NCBI GenBank assembly: GCA_016699935.1
Contig: CP064992.1
Coordinates: 660,001-692,000 of the forward strand
Length of the DNA stretch: 32,000 bases
Source of the DNA: Candidatus Saccharimonadota bacterium
GTDB lineage: Bacteria > Patescibacteriota > Saccharimonadia > Saccharimonadales > UBA4665
Reading direction: 5' to 3'
Position numbers and translations under genes: made by a program. Below are positions 1 through 7,819 of this stretch, in pieces; position 1 is the stretch's first letter; each line of letters begins with the position of its first letter. The notes under the pieces were generated by a model. That model did not search any database and was not told the origin of the DNA. It saw only the letters and a program-made list of their open reading frames with translations.

Positions 1-1334
1 GCGTTTTATTTCTTCCACTACGGCTTTGGTACCAATGGTTTTGAGAATGATATCTGTCTCGCTGCAATCAGGACAACTACTCGGCAGTGGTTGTGTGCGG
101 CCACATATATGACAGCGAACGCAGTGCGTATCACCGTGATAGGTCATGGCAAGGTCACAATGTGAGCACAATGCTTGCCAGCCGCAGCGGCTACACAGTA
201 TGGCGCTGGCGGTACCTCGACGGTTGAGGAAGAGTAGGCTTTGCTGGTGGCTACCAAGAGCGGACCGAACGGCCGCAACAAGCGGGGTGGTGAGTATGCT
301 GCTACGGGTCAGATTGCCATTGTCGCGCAAGTCGACAGTTTTGATGCTGACCTCAGCCGTACTAGTGACCGCCAGTGACTGGAGGGTAATAATTGGGCGC
401 TTTTTTGCGCCTAAGAAGTAGTATTCTTCGATGCTGGGTGTGGCTGTGCCACTCACAAGACACGCACCATGCAGCTGAGCTAACTTTGCGGCAACGCGTT
501 CAGTTCGGTAGTGGGGTGAGGAATCACTTTTGTACGCTTGGTCATGCGACTCATCTATAACAATGAGTCCAAGCTGTTGGACCGGTGCAAAAAGAGGGCT
601 GAGCGTGGGCCGATGATTAAACATGGTGTTTGCTAGAGATGATTTCATACCAAATATCTCGGCGAGCTGCCGCGGTTAGCCGTGAGTGAAACACAAAAGA
701 CTTTCTCGGTGAACACCGCCGTAAAAACTATCGGTGAGCTGTGCGGTGAGCCCGATTTCGGGCGTGAGAATGATGGTCGATTTATTTGCCGCGAGGGCGC
801 GGCGCGTGAGCTCTATATATATGCGTGTCTTGCCACTGCCGGTGATGCCATGTAGCAGGTGGTAACCGACTGGCTGGATGGCTGAAAGTGCTGCTGATTG
901 CTCGGACGTTAACGGTGGTAGTGGGGATTGAGGGTGGTGGATGGTGGATGGCATGGAAGGGGCAGTTGCTGTTCGCGTATTTTGGATTTGGAGTTTGGAA
1001 TTTATGTGGTCATCACCGCTTTTCTTGGGAAAAGCAGTTGTGGGTGGCAAGAACTGTCGAACAACACTACCAAAAGGAGCTGGATAGTACCCATACAACC
1101 AATCAATAAGGCTTAGCAGTTCACTAGGAGCGGCGGTGCGGGTGCGATGGCAGATATGCTTTTCGCCGAAAAACTAGGTTCCATCACCTCACGCAGTACA
1201 ATACCGAGTACACTCCGACTACGCAGCGCAATTCTTACAACGGAACCAGGCAATAGTGTAGATTCCGATGAATATGTCAGGGCGCTTTTGCCGTGGTACT
1301 GCAAGTCTCCGACTAGCACCTCGTAGTAATACAT
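1..1334 (-). CDS. priA: Primosomal protein N' (PriA helicase). The C-terminus runs off the left edge, and the frame is broken at least 4 times in this assembly.
   Basis: Minus-strand translation gives MYYYEVLVGDLQYHGKSALTYSS (start 1334). It also gives Walker A LHGITGSGKTRIYIE (ORF 676-1098), DExH box LGLIVIDESHDQAYK, and a Zn-finger block CSRCGWQALCSHCDLAMTYHGDTHCVRCHICGRTQPLPSSCPDCS at 1-200. The pieces lie in different frames, with shifts near 1110, 700, 630 and at the homopolymer 589-593. Confidence 0.85.
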
Positions 1335-1475
1335 AGCATCGATTATAGATGACCACCCATCGATAATCGAATTAAACCACCAAATCCTAGAGCTTGAAAA
1401 AATCCGCTCATACACATTAATTCAAAAATGATGTTGAAATGCAGCTCAAACGTTGTTATTATGAGATGCAGTACG

Positions 1476-1505
1476 TTGTCGTAACGACAATAAAAGGCTT
1501 ATAGT
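1476..1505 (+). promoter_or_regulatory. Putative promoter of the wHTH gene with a palindromic operator overlapping the -35
   Basis: TTGTCG-taa-CGACAA is a perfect 6+6 inverted repeat at 1476-1490. TATAGT lies at 1500-1505, 18 nt after the TTGTCG hexamer. An SD-like aaaggtagggg precedes the ATG at 1525. Confidence 0.35.
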
Positions 1506-1524
1506 AAAAGGTAGGGGTACAAGC

Positions 1525-1812
1525 ATGTTAGACGTTTTCATCACTAGCCGAGTTCGCCGCAAGATTATCGTTATCTATGCCAAATATCCAGATTTTAAAA
1601 CCCACGTGCGTGGTCTGGCTAAGCTCATCAAAGAAGACGCCGGCAATATCCAGCGCGAACTGAAGCGCCTTGAGAAAGCGGGCTTCCTGATAAGCGAAAA
1701 ACAGGGCAATACCAAGATTTATCACACGAACAAGCAATTCATCATCTTCAAAGAACTTCAAAGCATTGTCCTCAAAAGCCAACGCACCCAGCAAAAACGC
1801 CACGTCTCATAA
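1525..1812 (+). CDS. Small winged-helix (ArsR/MarR-like) transcriptional regulator
   Basis: The 95-aa ORF reads ...THVRGLAKLIKEDAGNIQRELKRLEKAGFLISEKQGNTKIY.... This has the helix-turn-helix plus wing (GNTKIY) pattern. The antisense ORF 1528-1803 is judged spurious. Confidence 0.6.
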   Translation: MLDVFITSRVRRKIIVIYAKYPDFKTHVRGLAKLIKEDAGNIQRELKRLEKAGFLISEKQGNTKIYHTNKQFIIFKELQSIVLKSQRTQQKRHVS

Positions 1813-1941
1813 GAGAGATAAGGGTTAAGAGATACGAGTTAAGATCAGAAACTCGGGTCTGTCATGTATAGTTGGTCTACGAGCCGGGTGATACATGGTG
1901 AATTTTCTTGTCTCTCATCTCTTGTCTCTTATCTCTGTTCC

Positions 1942-1950
1942 TGCTATACT
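1942..1950 (+). promoter_or_regulatory. Extended -10 promoter element (TGCTATACT) 9 nt upstream of the rpsU ATG
   Basis: It matches the TGnTATAAT class. An almost identical CCTGCTATAAT is found at 15711-15721. There is no SD between it and the ATG at 1960, so the transcript is possibly leaderless. Confidence 0.4.
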
Positions 1951-1959
1951 CCTACGGTT

Positions 1960-2175
1960 ATGATAGAAGTGACACGAAAAGACGGGAAAGAAAGTGCCGA
2001 AAACCTGGTGCGACGGTTTAATCGTCGTGTGCAGCAATCGGGGCTGGTTATTGCCGTTAAATCAGGCCAGTACTTCGAGAAGCCATTGAGCAAGCGCGAT
2101 CGCCGTAAGAAGGCAATCATCCGCAATGAGCGGAAGGCTTTGAAGCTGAAGAAGATTAAACTAGGCCAAAAATAA
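1960..2175 (+). CDS. rpsU: 30S ribosomal protein S21
   Basis: An internal ATG of ORF 1864-2175 gives MIEVTRKDGKESAENLVRRFNRRVQQSGLVIAVKSGQYFEKPLSKRDRRKKAIIRNERKA.... This is 71 aa with the typical S21 length and basic tail. Confidence 0.9.
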   Translation: MIEVTRKDGKESAENLVRRFNRRVQQSGLVIAVKSGQYFEKPLSKRDRRKKAIIRNERKALKLKKIKLGQK

Positions 2176-2193
2176 TCTGAGTTCGCAGGTCTT

Positions 2194-2643
2194 ATGATTA
2201 AGCAACGCCTACAAGATGATGTGAAGGCGGCCATGTTGGCTGGTGATTCGCTGCGGCTTGAAACCTTGCGTGGTTTGAAGAGTGCTATTCTCTATGCCGA
2301 AGTTGCGACTGGTAAGCGCGAAGATGGTCTTCCTGACGAAGAAATCCTGAACTTGTTTGCCAAAGAAGCCAAAAAACGACAGGAAAGCGCAGACCTGTAT
2401 GTACAGGGCGGTGCGCAGGATAAAGCGGATAAAGAGCTTGCAGAAAAAGTCATCATTGAAGCGTATTTGCCAGCACAGCTGAGCGAAGCGGAGCTCATGG
2501 CTGTTATAGAAGAAATATTGAATGAAGTGAAACCTACAGGCTTACAACAGATGGGTCAAGTCATAGGCCAAGTGAAATCAAAGGTTGGCAATACGGCTGA
2601 TGGCAGCGTAATAGCAAGAATAGTTAAGGAGAAACTATCATGA
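2194..2643 (+). CDS. yqeY: GatB/YqeY domain-containing protein
   Basis: The 149-aa product reads MIKQRLQDDVKAAMLAGDSLRLETLRGLKSAILYAEV...IIEAYLPAQLSEAELMAVIEE, which is the classic YqeY pattern. Confidence 0.85.
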   Translation: MIKQRLQDDVKAAMLAGDSLRLETLRGLKSAILYAEVATGKREDGLPDEEILNLFAKEAKKRQESADLYVQGGAQDKADKELAEKVIIEAYLPAQLSEAELMAVIEEILNEVKPTGLQQMGQVIGQVKSKVGNTADGSVIARIVKEKLS

Positions 2644-3185
2644 TACTACTGATGGGACCGGCTGGTGCTGGGAAAAAGTTTGCAAGGACACAAACTAGCC
2701 GATGAGCACGGCTACGCGTACATATCGACCGGTGAGATTTTCCGCCTATTTTTGACTGGTCATCGCCGCGCGGCTATGCTCGAGGGTAAGCTCATGACTG
2801 ATGAAGAAACCATAGACATGATTGATAAAGTCTTCGACATTATCGATGCAAGCGGTGAATTCATCCTGGATGGCTTTCCTCGTACGACTATGCAGGTTGA
2901 TTGGTTGATGAAACAGGTCAAAAAGGTCGGTTCGGTAAGCCTGTGGTTGTGCATATGGATGTAAGTGAGAAGGAGACCCGCCGTCGTTTGGGTTTGCGCG
3001 GTCGACCAGATGATACGCCCGAGGCAATTACCGAGCGCTACAAACTATATGCGAGCAAGACACAGCCGATTTTGCAGCAGTTCCGTGAAGGTGGCGTTGT
3101 GGTGCACGACGTCAATGCCGATGGTACTCCGACCAAAGTATATTTAAACATCGTCAATGCGCTCGGTATTCCCGAAAAGTTCTAA
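2640..3185 (+). CDS. adk: Adenylate kinase, with two frame breaks at A-runs
   Basis: The ATGA overlap with the yqeY stop gives MILLMGPAGAGK (P-loop). This continues in ORF 2665-2964 (SLQGHKLADEHGYAYISTGEIFR...ILDGFPRTTMQVDWL) and then ORF 2901-3185 (GRFGKPVVVHMDVSEKETRRRLGLRGRPDDTPEAITERYKLY). The breaks sit at A-runs 2673-2677 and 2920-2924. Confidence 0.85.
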
Positions 3186-3214
3186 TAAATGTTTCTCAGA
3201 AGGACTCAACCCTA

Positions 3215-3961
3215 ATGCAGCCAAAAACTGATGCCGAAATCAAGGCCATGCGTGAAAGCGGGCGTATTCTAGCGACCGTCCTCGAGAAAATTCGCCGCGA
3301 AGTGAAAGTAGGACTAACACCGAGGCGAGTGTCTGAGCTGGCAGCGGACGAAACAGAACGCCTCGGTGGGGTGCCAGCGTTTAAGGGGTTTGAGGGGTAT
3401 CCGGATATCATATGTATATCCAACAACAATGAAGTGCAACACAGCATCCCGAATGATGTGCCGTTCAAGAACGGGGATATTGTGAATTTCGATTTTGGCA
3501 TTGTGTACGAGGGCATGATTACCGATGCGGGAATTACCGTGTGCATCGGTGGTAAGCCTGATCCTGACAGTGCTCGACTGCTGAAAGGTACCGAAGAAGC
3601 GCTCTATGCGGCGATAGGTATGGTGCGAGATGGCGTCCGAGTGGGAGATGTATCCGCCACCATAGAGAAGGTTTTGCGGTCATACAATCTTGGCATTGTT
3701 CGCGAACTTGTTGGGCATGGTGTGGGGCACGAACTGCATGAAGCGCCAGAAATACCAAACTACGGCCATACCGGCACGGGGCCGATGCTGAAAACAGGCA
3801 TGACAATAGCGATTGAGCCTATCACTACCCTTGGTGACCACAGAATCTTCGGTGCTCACGATGGCTGGACGCTTCTGACAGTCGACGGCTCACGCAGTGC
3901 CCAGTTTGAACACACCCTCCTTGTGACTCAAGATGGCTGCGAAATATTGACGCAAGTCTAG
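3215..3961 (+). CDS. map: Type I methionine aminopeptidase
   Basis: The intact 248-aa ORF contains the metal-ligand context DIVNFDFG, MITDAG, GHGVGHELHE, TIAIEP and QFEHT. Confidence 0.92.
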   Translation: MQPKTDAEIKAMRESGRILATVLEKIRREVKVGLTPRRVSELAADETERLGGVPAFKGFEGYPDIICISNNNEVQHSIPNDVPFKNGDIVNFDFGIVYEGMITDAGITVCIGGKPDPDSARLLKGTEEALYAAIGMVRDGVRVGDVSATIEKVLRSYNLGIVRELVGHGVGHELHEAPEIPNYGHTGTGPMLKTGMTIAIEPITTLGDHRIFGAHDGWTLLTVDGSRSAQFEHTLLVTQDGCEILTQV

Positions 3962-3973
3962 CGACGGTATGAG

Positions 3974-4005
3974 AGCCAAAGAATTTACAAGTAATTTCTT
4001 TGGCT
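3974..4005 (+). terminator. Stem-loop just after the map stop; weak terminator candidate
   Basis: AGCCAAAGAA (3974-3983) pairs with TTCTTTGGCT (3996-4005) in a 10-bp stem. No U-run follows, and the 3' arm is also the start of the tandem repeat. Confidence 0.3.
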
Positions 4006-4188
4006 CGTGTCACCGTTAGCCTGTCACCTGTCACCTGTCACCTTTCACCATAGATTAATCAATAGCGTGTAACGATTGAAGCTCAATAGCTACAGGGTAA
4101 TTTCTTTGGCTCGTGTCACCGTTAGCCTGTCACCTGTCACCATACATTCACCAATAGCGTGTAACGATTGGAATTTAATAGCTGCAGG
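3991..4188. repeat. Tandem direct repeat (106 bp + 92 bp) containing TGTCACC heptad iterons and a TGTAACGATT core
   Basis: Copy 1 is 3991-4096 and copy 2 is 4097-4188. Both start GTAATTTCTTTGGCTCGTGTCACCGTTAGCCTGTCACCTGTCACC and end ..CAATAGCGTGTAACGATTG..AATAGCTnCAGG. Copy 1 carries two extra heptads (TGTCACC TTTCACC), which accounts for the 14-bp length difference. Confidence 0.9.
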
Positions 4189-4205
4189 TTAATCGGTAAT
4201 GTTAG

Positions 4206-4232
4206 GTGACATGTCACAGGTAAATCGTTACA
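4206..4232. promoter_or_regulatory. Inverted copies of both repeat motifs upstream of ftsA
   Basis: GTGACA|TGTCAC is a perfect palindrome at 4206-4217. AATCGTTACA at 4223-4232 is the reverse complement of TGTAACGATT at 4068-4077 and 4160-4169. Confidence 0.4.
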
Positions 4233-4326
4233 TGCCTACATTGTTTGCAATTTGCAGCCCCCATCACAACAAGATCATAACAATAGTTGCATAGGGGCAA
4301 GCTCTAGCGCTATACTTAGGGACAAT

Positions 4327-5564
4327 ATGCGCGATGGCCATCCACCAGAACACTACGTCGGTCTAGATATCGGCACGTCCACTGTTCGCTGTGTGATTGG
4401 CACGCGTGATGTGAGCGACCCAGCCACAATATCTGTTATCGGACACGGCAGTAGTCCGAACCAGGGTATGCGCAAGGGCGTCGTCATGCACGTGGACGAG
4501 ACGGTTGAGGCCATTGTGCAGGCAATTACCGAGACTGAGCGTATATCTGGTGTGCGCATAGAACATGCCACGGTTAATGTGAACGGTGCGCATGTTAGCG
4601 GTATGAATTCGCGGGTACCATAGCCATTAGCGGCCCGAATCGAGAGATCACGCCAGAAGACCGTGACAGAGTGGAAGAAGCGGCGGCAATTGTAAAACTG
4701 CCGGCAAACCGCGAGATACTCCAGGTGTTTGCAAAGAACTACCGGCTCGACGGGCAAGATAACCTGAAAGACCCAGTTGGTATGCACGGCGTACGCCTGG
4801 AGGTTGACTGCCATATTTTGACGGCGGCGACTCCGAATGTGCGTAATCTTGAACTCGTGCTTGAAAAAGCCCAGGTGCGGCCACAGCACCGTACCGTGTC
4901 TTCGCTGGCCGCCGCAGAAGCAGTTCTTGACCGCAAGCAGAAAGAAGCTGGCACGGCCGTTGTGGATATTGGCGCAGGTACGACGAACGTTGTCGTTATA
5001 GAGGACGGCGAAATCCAGCATATTGCGGTCATACCCATGGGCGGCAACCACATTACAAACGACCTTGCGATTGGCCTAAAAACTGATCTTGACGTGGCCG
5101 AGCAGGTTAAGCTAAAACACGTCAATATAGGTGATACAACAGACAAAACCTATCGGATTATCGTCGATGGTGCGGGCTATACCTTTGAGCAGGCAGAGAC
5201 GAACATGATTGTTGAGGCGCGCGTAGAAGAGCTGTTTGAATATGTCGATAAAGAACTGCAAAAAATTCATCGTTCCCGAAAGTTGCCCGGAGGTGTTGTT
5301 ATCGTCGGCGGTAGTGCGGCTCTTCCTGGCCTCGCTGAGTTTGCCAAAGAGAGATTTCAGCTCCCAGCGCGGATCGGCAAGATACGAGGGCTTGCAGGGC
5401 TGGTCGATACTGTCGATGACCCAGCGTTTGCGACGGCCACTGGGCTAATGCTCCTGGACATCCTGCTGGCGCCATACGTCAATGACCAGGTTACCTCAAC
5501 TGATCTTTTTGGCGGAAGCTTGCAGTCTACTTTTGGTAAGCTGCTGAAACGCATCCGAAGCTAA
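4327..5564 (+). CDS. ftsA: Cell division protein FtsA, with one frame break at a G-run
   Basis: MRDGHPPEHYVGLDIGTSTVRCVIG (actin-fold phosphate-1 motif) is in ORF 4252-4623. It continues as GTIAISGPNREITPEDRDRVEEAAAI into ORF 4671-5564 (VVDIGAGTTNVVVIEDG, PMGGNHITNDLA, VIVGGSAALPGL). The break is at GGG 4613-4615. Confidence 0.88.
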
Positions 5565-5726
5565 CAATTTAGCTCAGCGAACACGCTAGCTACTCAGACA
5601 ATGTCTAGTTGAGCGGGAAAAGTATTCGACAAAAAACGTCCCAGACTAATTTTGTACCCAAGAGCAGTTGAACTCCTTAGCTTGCTCCGTTATACTGACT
5701 AATGAACCTAAGCGAGGGGACATACT

Positions 5727-7067
5727 ATGGCACAGGCAGTTGATCCAGCGATTGAAACATTTGCGCGTATTAAGGTAGTTGGTATCGGTGGTGCTGGTGG
5801 CGCAGCTATCAACCGTATGATCGATGCTGGTGTTGAAGGAGTTGAGTTCGTTGCCATAAACACCGATGCGCAGGCTCTTCATAATTCTCAGGCTGGAACC
5901 AAAATACACATAGGTCGTGAGACAACCCGAGGGCTGGGTGCTGGAGCAGACCCGATTGTGGGCGAGCAGGCAGCCAACGAGTCCCGGGATGAAATCAAAG
6001 ATGCACTTCAGGGTGCGGATATGATTTTTGTAACTATAGGTGCAGGCGGTGGTACGGGTAGCGGGGCTGGGCATATTGTGGCGCAGATTGCCAAAGATAT
6101 GGGTGTGCTCGTTGTTGGCTTTGCAACCAAGCCGTTTGCTTTTGAGGGCGATAAACGTCGTCGCAATGCCGATTCTGCTATAGAGAAACTTCGAAACGCT
6201 GTCGATACACTGATTATTATCCCGAATGATCGACTCCTTCAGACCATTGACCGCGCAACGCCACTACTTGAGGCATTCAAGGTAGCAGACGATGTGCTGC
6301 GCCAAGGAGTTCAGGGTATCTCTGACCTTATTACCGTACACGGCCTCATAAACCTTGACTTTGCCGATGTAAAAACAGTTATGAGGAATGCCGGCTCTGC
6401 GCTAATGGGTATCGGTCGCGCGAGTGGTGAAAACCGTGCCATCCAAGCCGCACAACAGGCTATCGAATCACCGCTGCTCGAAGTATCTATCGATGGTGCT
6501 CGGGGTATACTGTTTAACGTGATCGGTGGACAGGATCTGTCCATGCACGAAATCAACACGGCAGCGGAGGCTATTACGGCGGCGGCTGATCCTGATGCAA
6601 ACATCATATTTGGAGCTACTATAAGTCCTGAGCTCGATGGTGAGATTATTATCACCGTTGTTGCAACTGGTTTTGACGCCTCGTATTTTACCAACAGGCA
6701 GACGGTAACGACCTCGCTTCCTGCTCAGTCGACAGATTCCGAGACCACGACAGTTTCTCAGCCGCTTGACTCGGTGACTAAAACAACCGAGAAAGATATG
6801 GAAGAGCTGGACATGTCCATCAAAGATGACGCTGCGAAACAAGCAGACGATGCAGCCGACTTTACTAGTGAAACTCCCATGCCTAATATCTGGTCGATTC
6901 AACATGATGAAGAAGACAAAACAAGCGGCTCTCAAGAAAGTACCAGCATGCACGCACCAGTTGTTTCTGAGCATGACGAAGACGAACTCGAAAAGCCCTC
7001 TTTCCTTCGCCGCCTCACTCGCCGACGCTCAAAAGACGCGATAGATTCTGAAGACATCGATAAATAA
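5727..7067 (+). CDS. ftsZ: Cell division protein FtsZ
   Basis: The intact 446-aa ORF contains [17 protein letters not shown], the tubulin signature [16 protein letters not shown] and DFADVKTVM. It has a long acidic/Ser-Thr-rich C-terminal linker. Confidence 0.95.
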   Translation: MAQAVDPAIETFARIKVVGIGGAGGAAINRMIDAGVEGVEFVAINTDAQALHNSQAGTKIHIGRETTRGLGAGADPIVGEQAANESRDEIKDALQGADMIFVTIGAGGGTGSGAGHIVAQIAKDMGVLVVGFATKPFAFEGDKRRRNADSAIEKLRNAVDTLIIIPNDRLLQTIDRATPLLEAFKVADDVLRQGVQGISDLITVHGLINLDFADVKTVMRNAGSALMGIGRASGENRAIQAAQQAIESPLLEVSIDGARGILFNVIGGQDLSMHEINTAAEAITAAADPDANIIFGATISPELDGEIIITVVATGFDASYFTNRQTVTTSLPAQSTDSETTTVSQPLDSVTKTTEKDMEELDMSIKDDAAKQADDAADFTSETPMPNIWSIQHDEEDKTSGSQESTSMHAPVVSEHDEDELEKPSFLRRLTRRRSKDAIDSEDIDK

Positions 7068-7240
7068 CAGGTACAATAAGCGGTTTGTGTATTAAATAAT
7101 ACACCATAAATACGCTTTACCTAACCCTACCTATAGTGGTATGATATGTCTACAAAACGCTATATGTAGCAAGTGGAGGCTACGAATTGCTTCCATGTTG
7201 CTTGCGCGCACTTTATAAAATAATACGAGGAGGCAGAGGA

Positions 7241-7712
7241 ATGAAATGCAGCCAATGCACGTGCGACGATACGAAAGTTATCGAAAGTCGCGATGTCGCA
7301 GAAGGTGAATCAGTCCGTCGCCGCCGTGCATGTGCCGCTTGTGGCTATCGTTTTACCACGTATGAGCAGAATTGAGCAGCCACAGTTGATTGTCGTTAAA
7401 AACGATAGCACCAGGCAGCTCTTTAACCGCCAGAAACTCTTGGGTGGGTTGTATCGAGCTTGCGAAAAACATCGGTTACCGGCATGCAGCTTGAAAAACT
7501 TGTGCAAAGTATCGAACATGAGGCTGTATGCTAAGGCCGATACCGAAGTAAGCTCGGGGAAAATCGGTGAAATGGTCATGGATAGGCTCAGCGAGCTTGA
7601 TGAAGTAGCATATGTCAGGTTTGCGAGCGTATACCGGCGTTTTAGCGACATCGCAAGTTTTGAACGCGAGTTATCGCACATACGGCAACGCAAGCATACG
7701 GTGAACGAATAG
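7241..7712 (+). CDS. nrdR: Transcriptional repressor NrdR, with a frame break and a hidden out-of-frame patch
   Basis: An RBS gaggagg precedes the ATG at 7241. The Zn ribbon reads [42 protein letters not shown], followed by the ATP-cone [24 protein letters not shown]...[13 protein letters not shown]. The break is at about 7365-7372. A conserved-looking [15 protein letters not shown] reads in another frame across about 7465-7535. Confidence 0.85.
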
Positions 7713-7819
7713 CGACAGATTGATTCTCTACGCAAAAACTACCAACACAAATTGTGAAATATAAACAGTAACGGTTCTGCGCAGGGAGTGGCGCACGGCC
7801 AAAAGAAAGTGAGGGTTAC

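Noticed and set aside
146-421. Plus-strand ORFs 146-421, 888-1109 and 928-1116
   Set aside because: They lie antisense to priA coding sequence and have no recognisable motifs.
3991-4188. CRISPR array or minisatellite
   Set aside because: There are only two long units with no unique spacers of regular size. The 7-nt heptads are far too short for CRISPR repeats, and there are no cas genes.
7713-7819. Cobalamin riboswitch upstream of nrdJ, or an intein within nrdJ
   Set aside because: The spacer is only about 105 nt and lacks a B12-box-like core. The reconstructed NrdJ (about 934 aa) has no extra insertion with intein block motifs.
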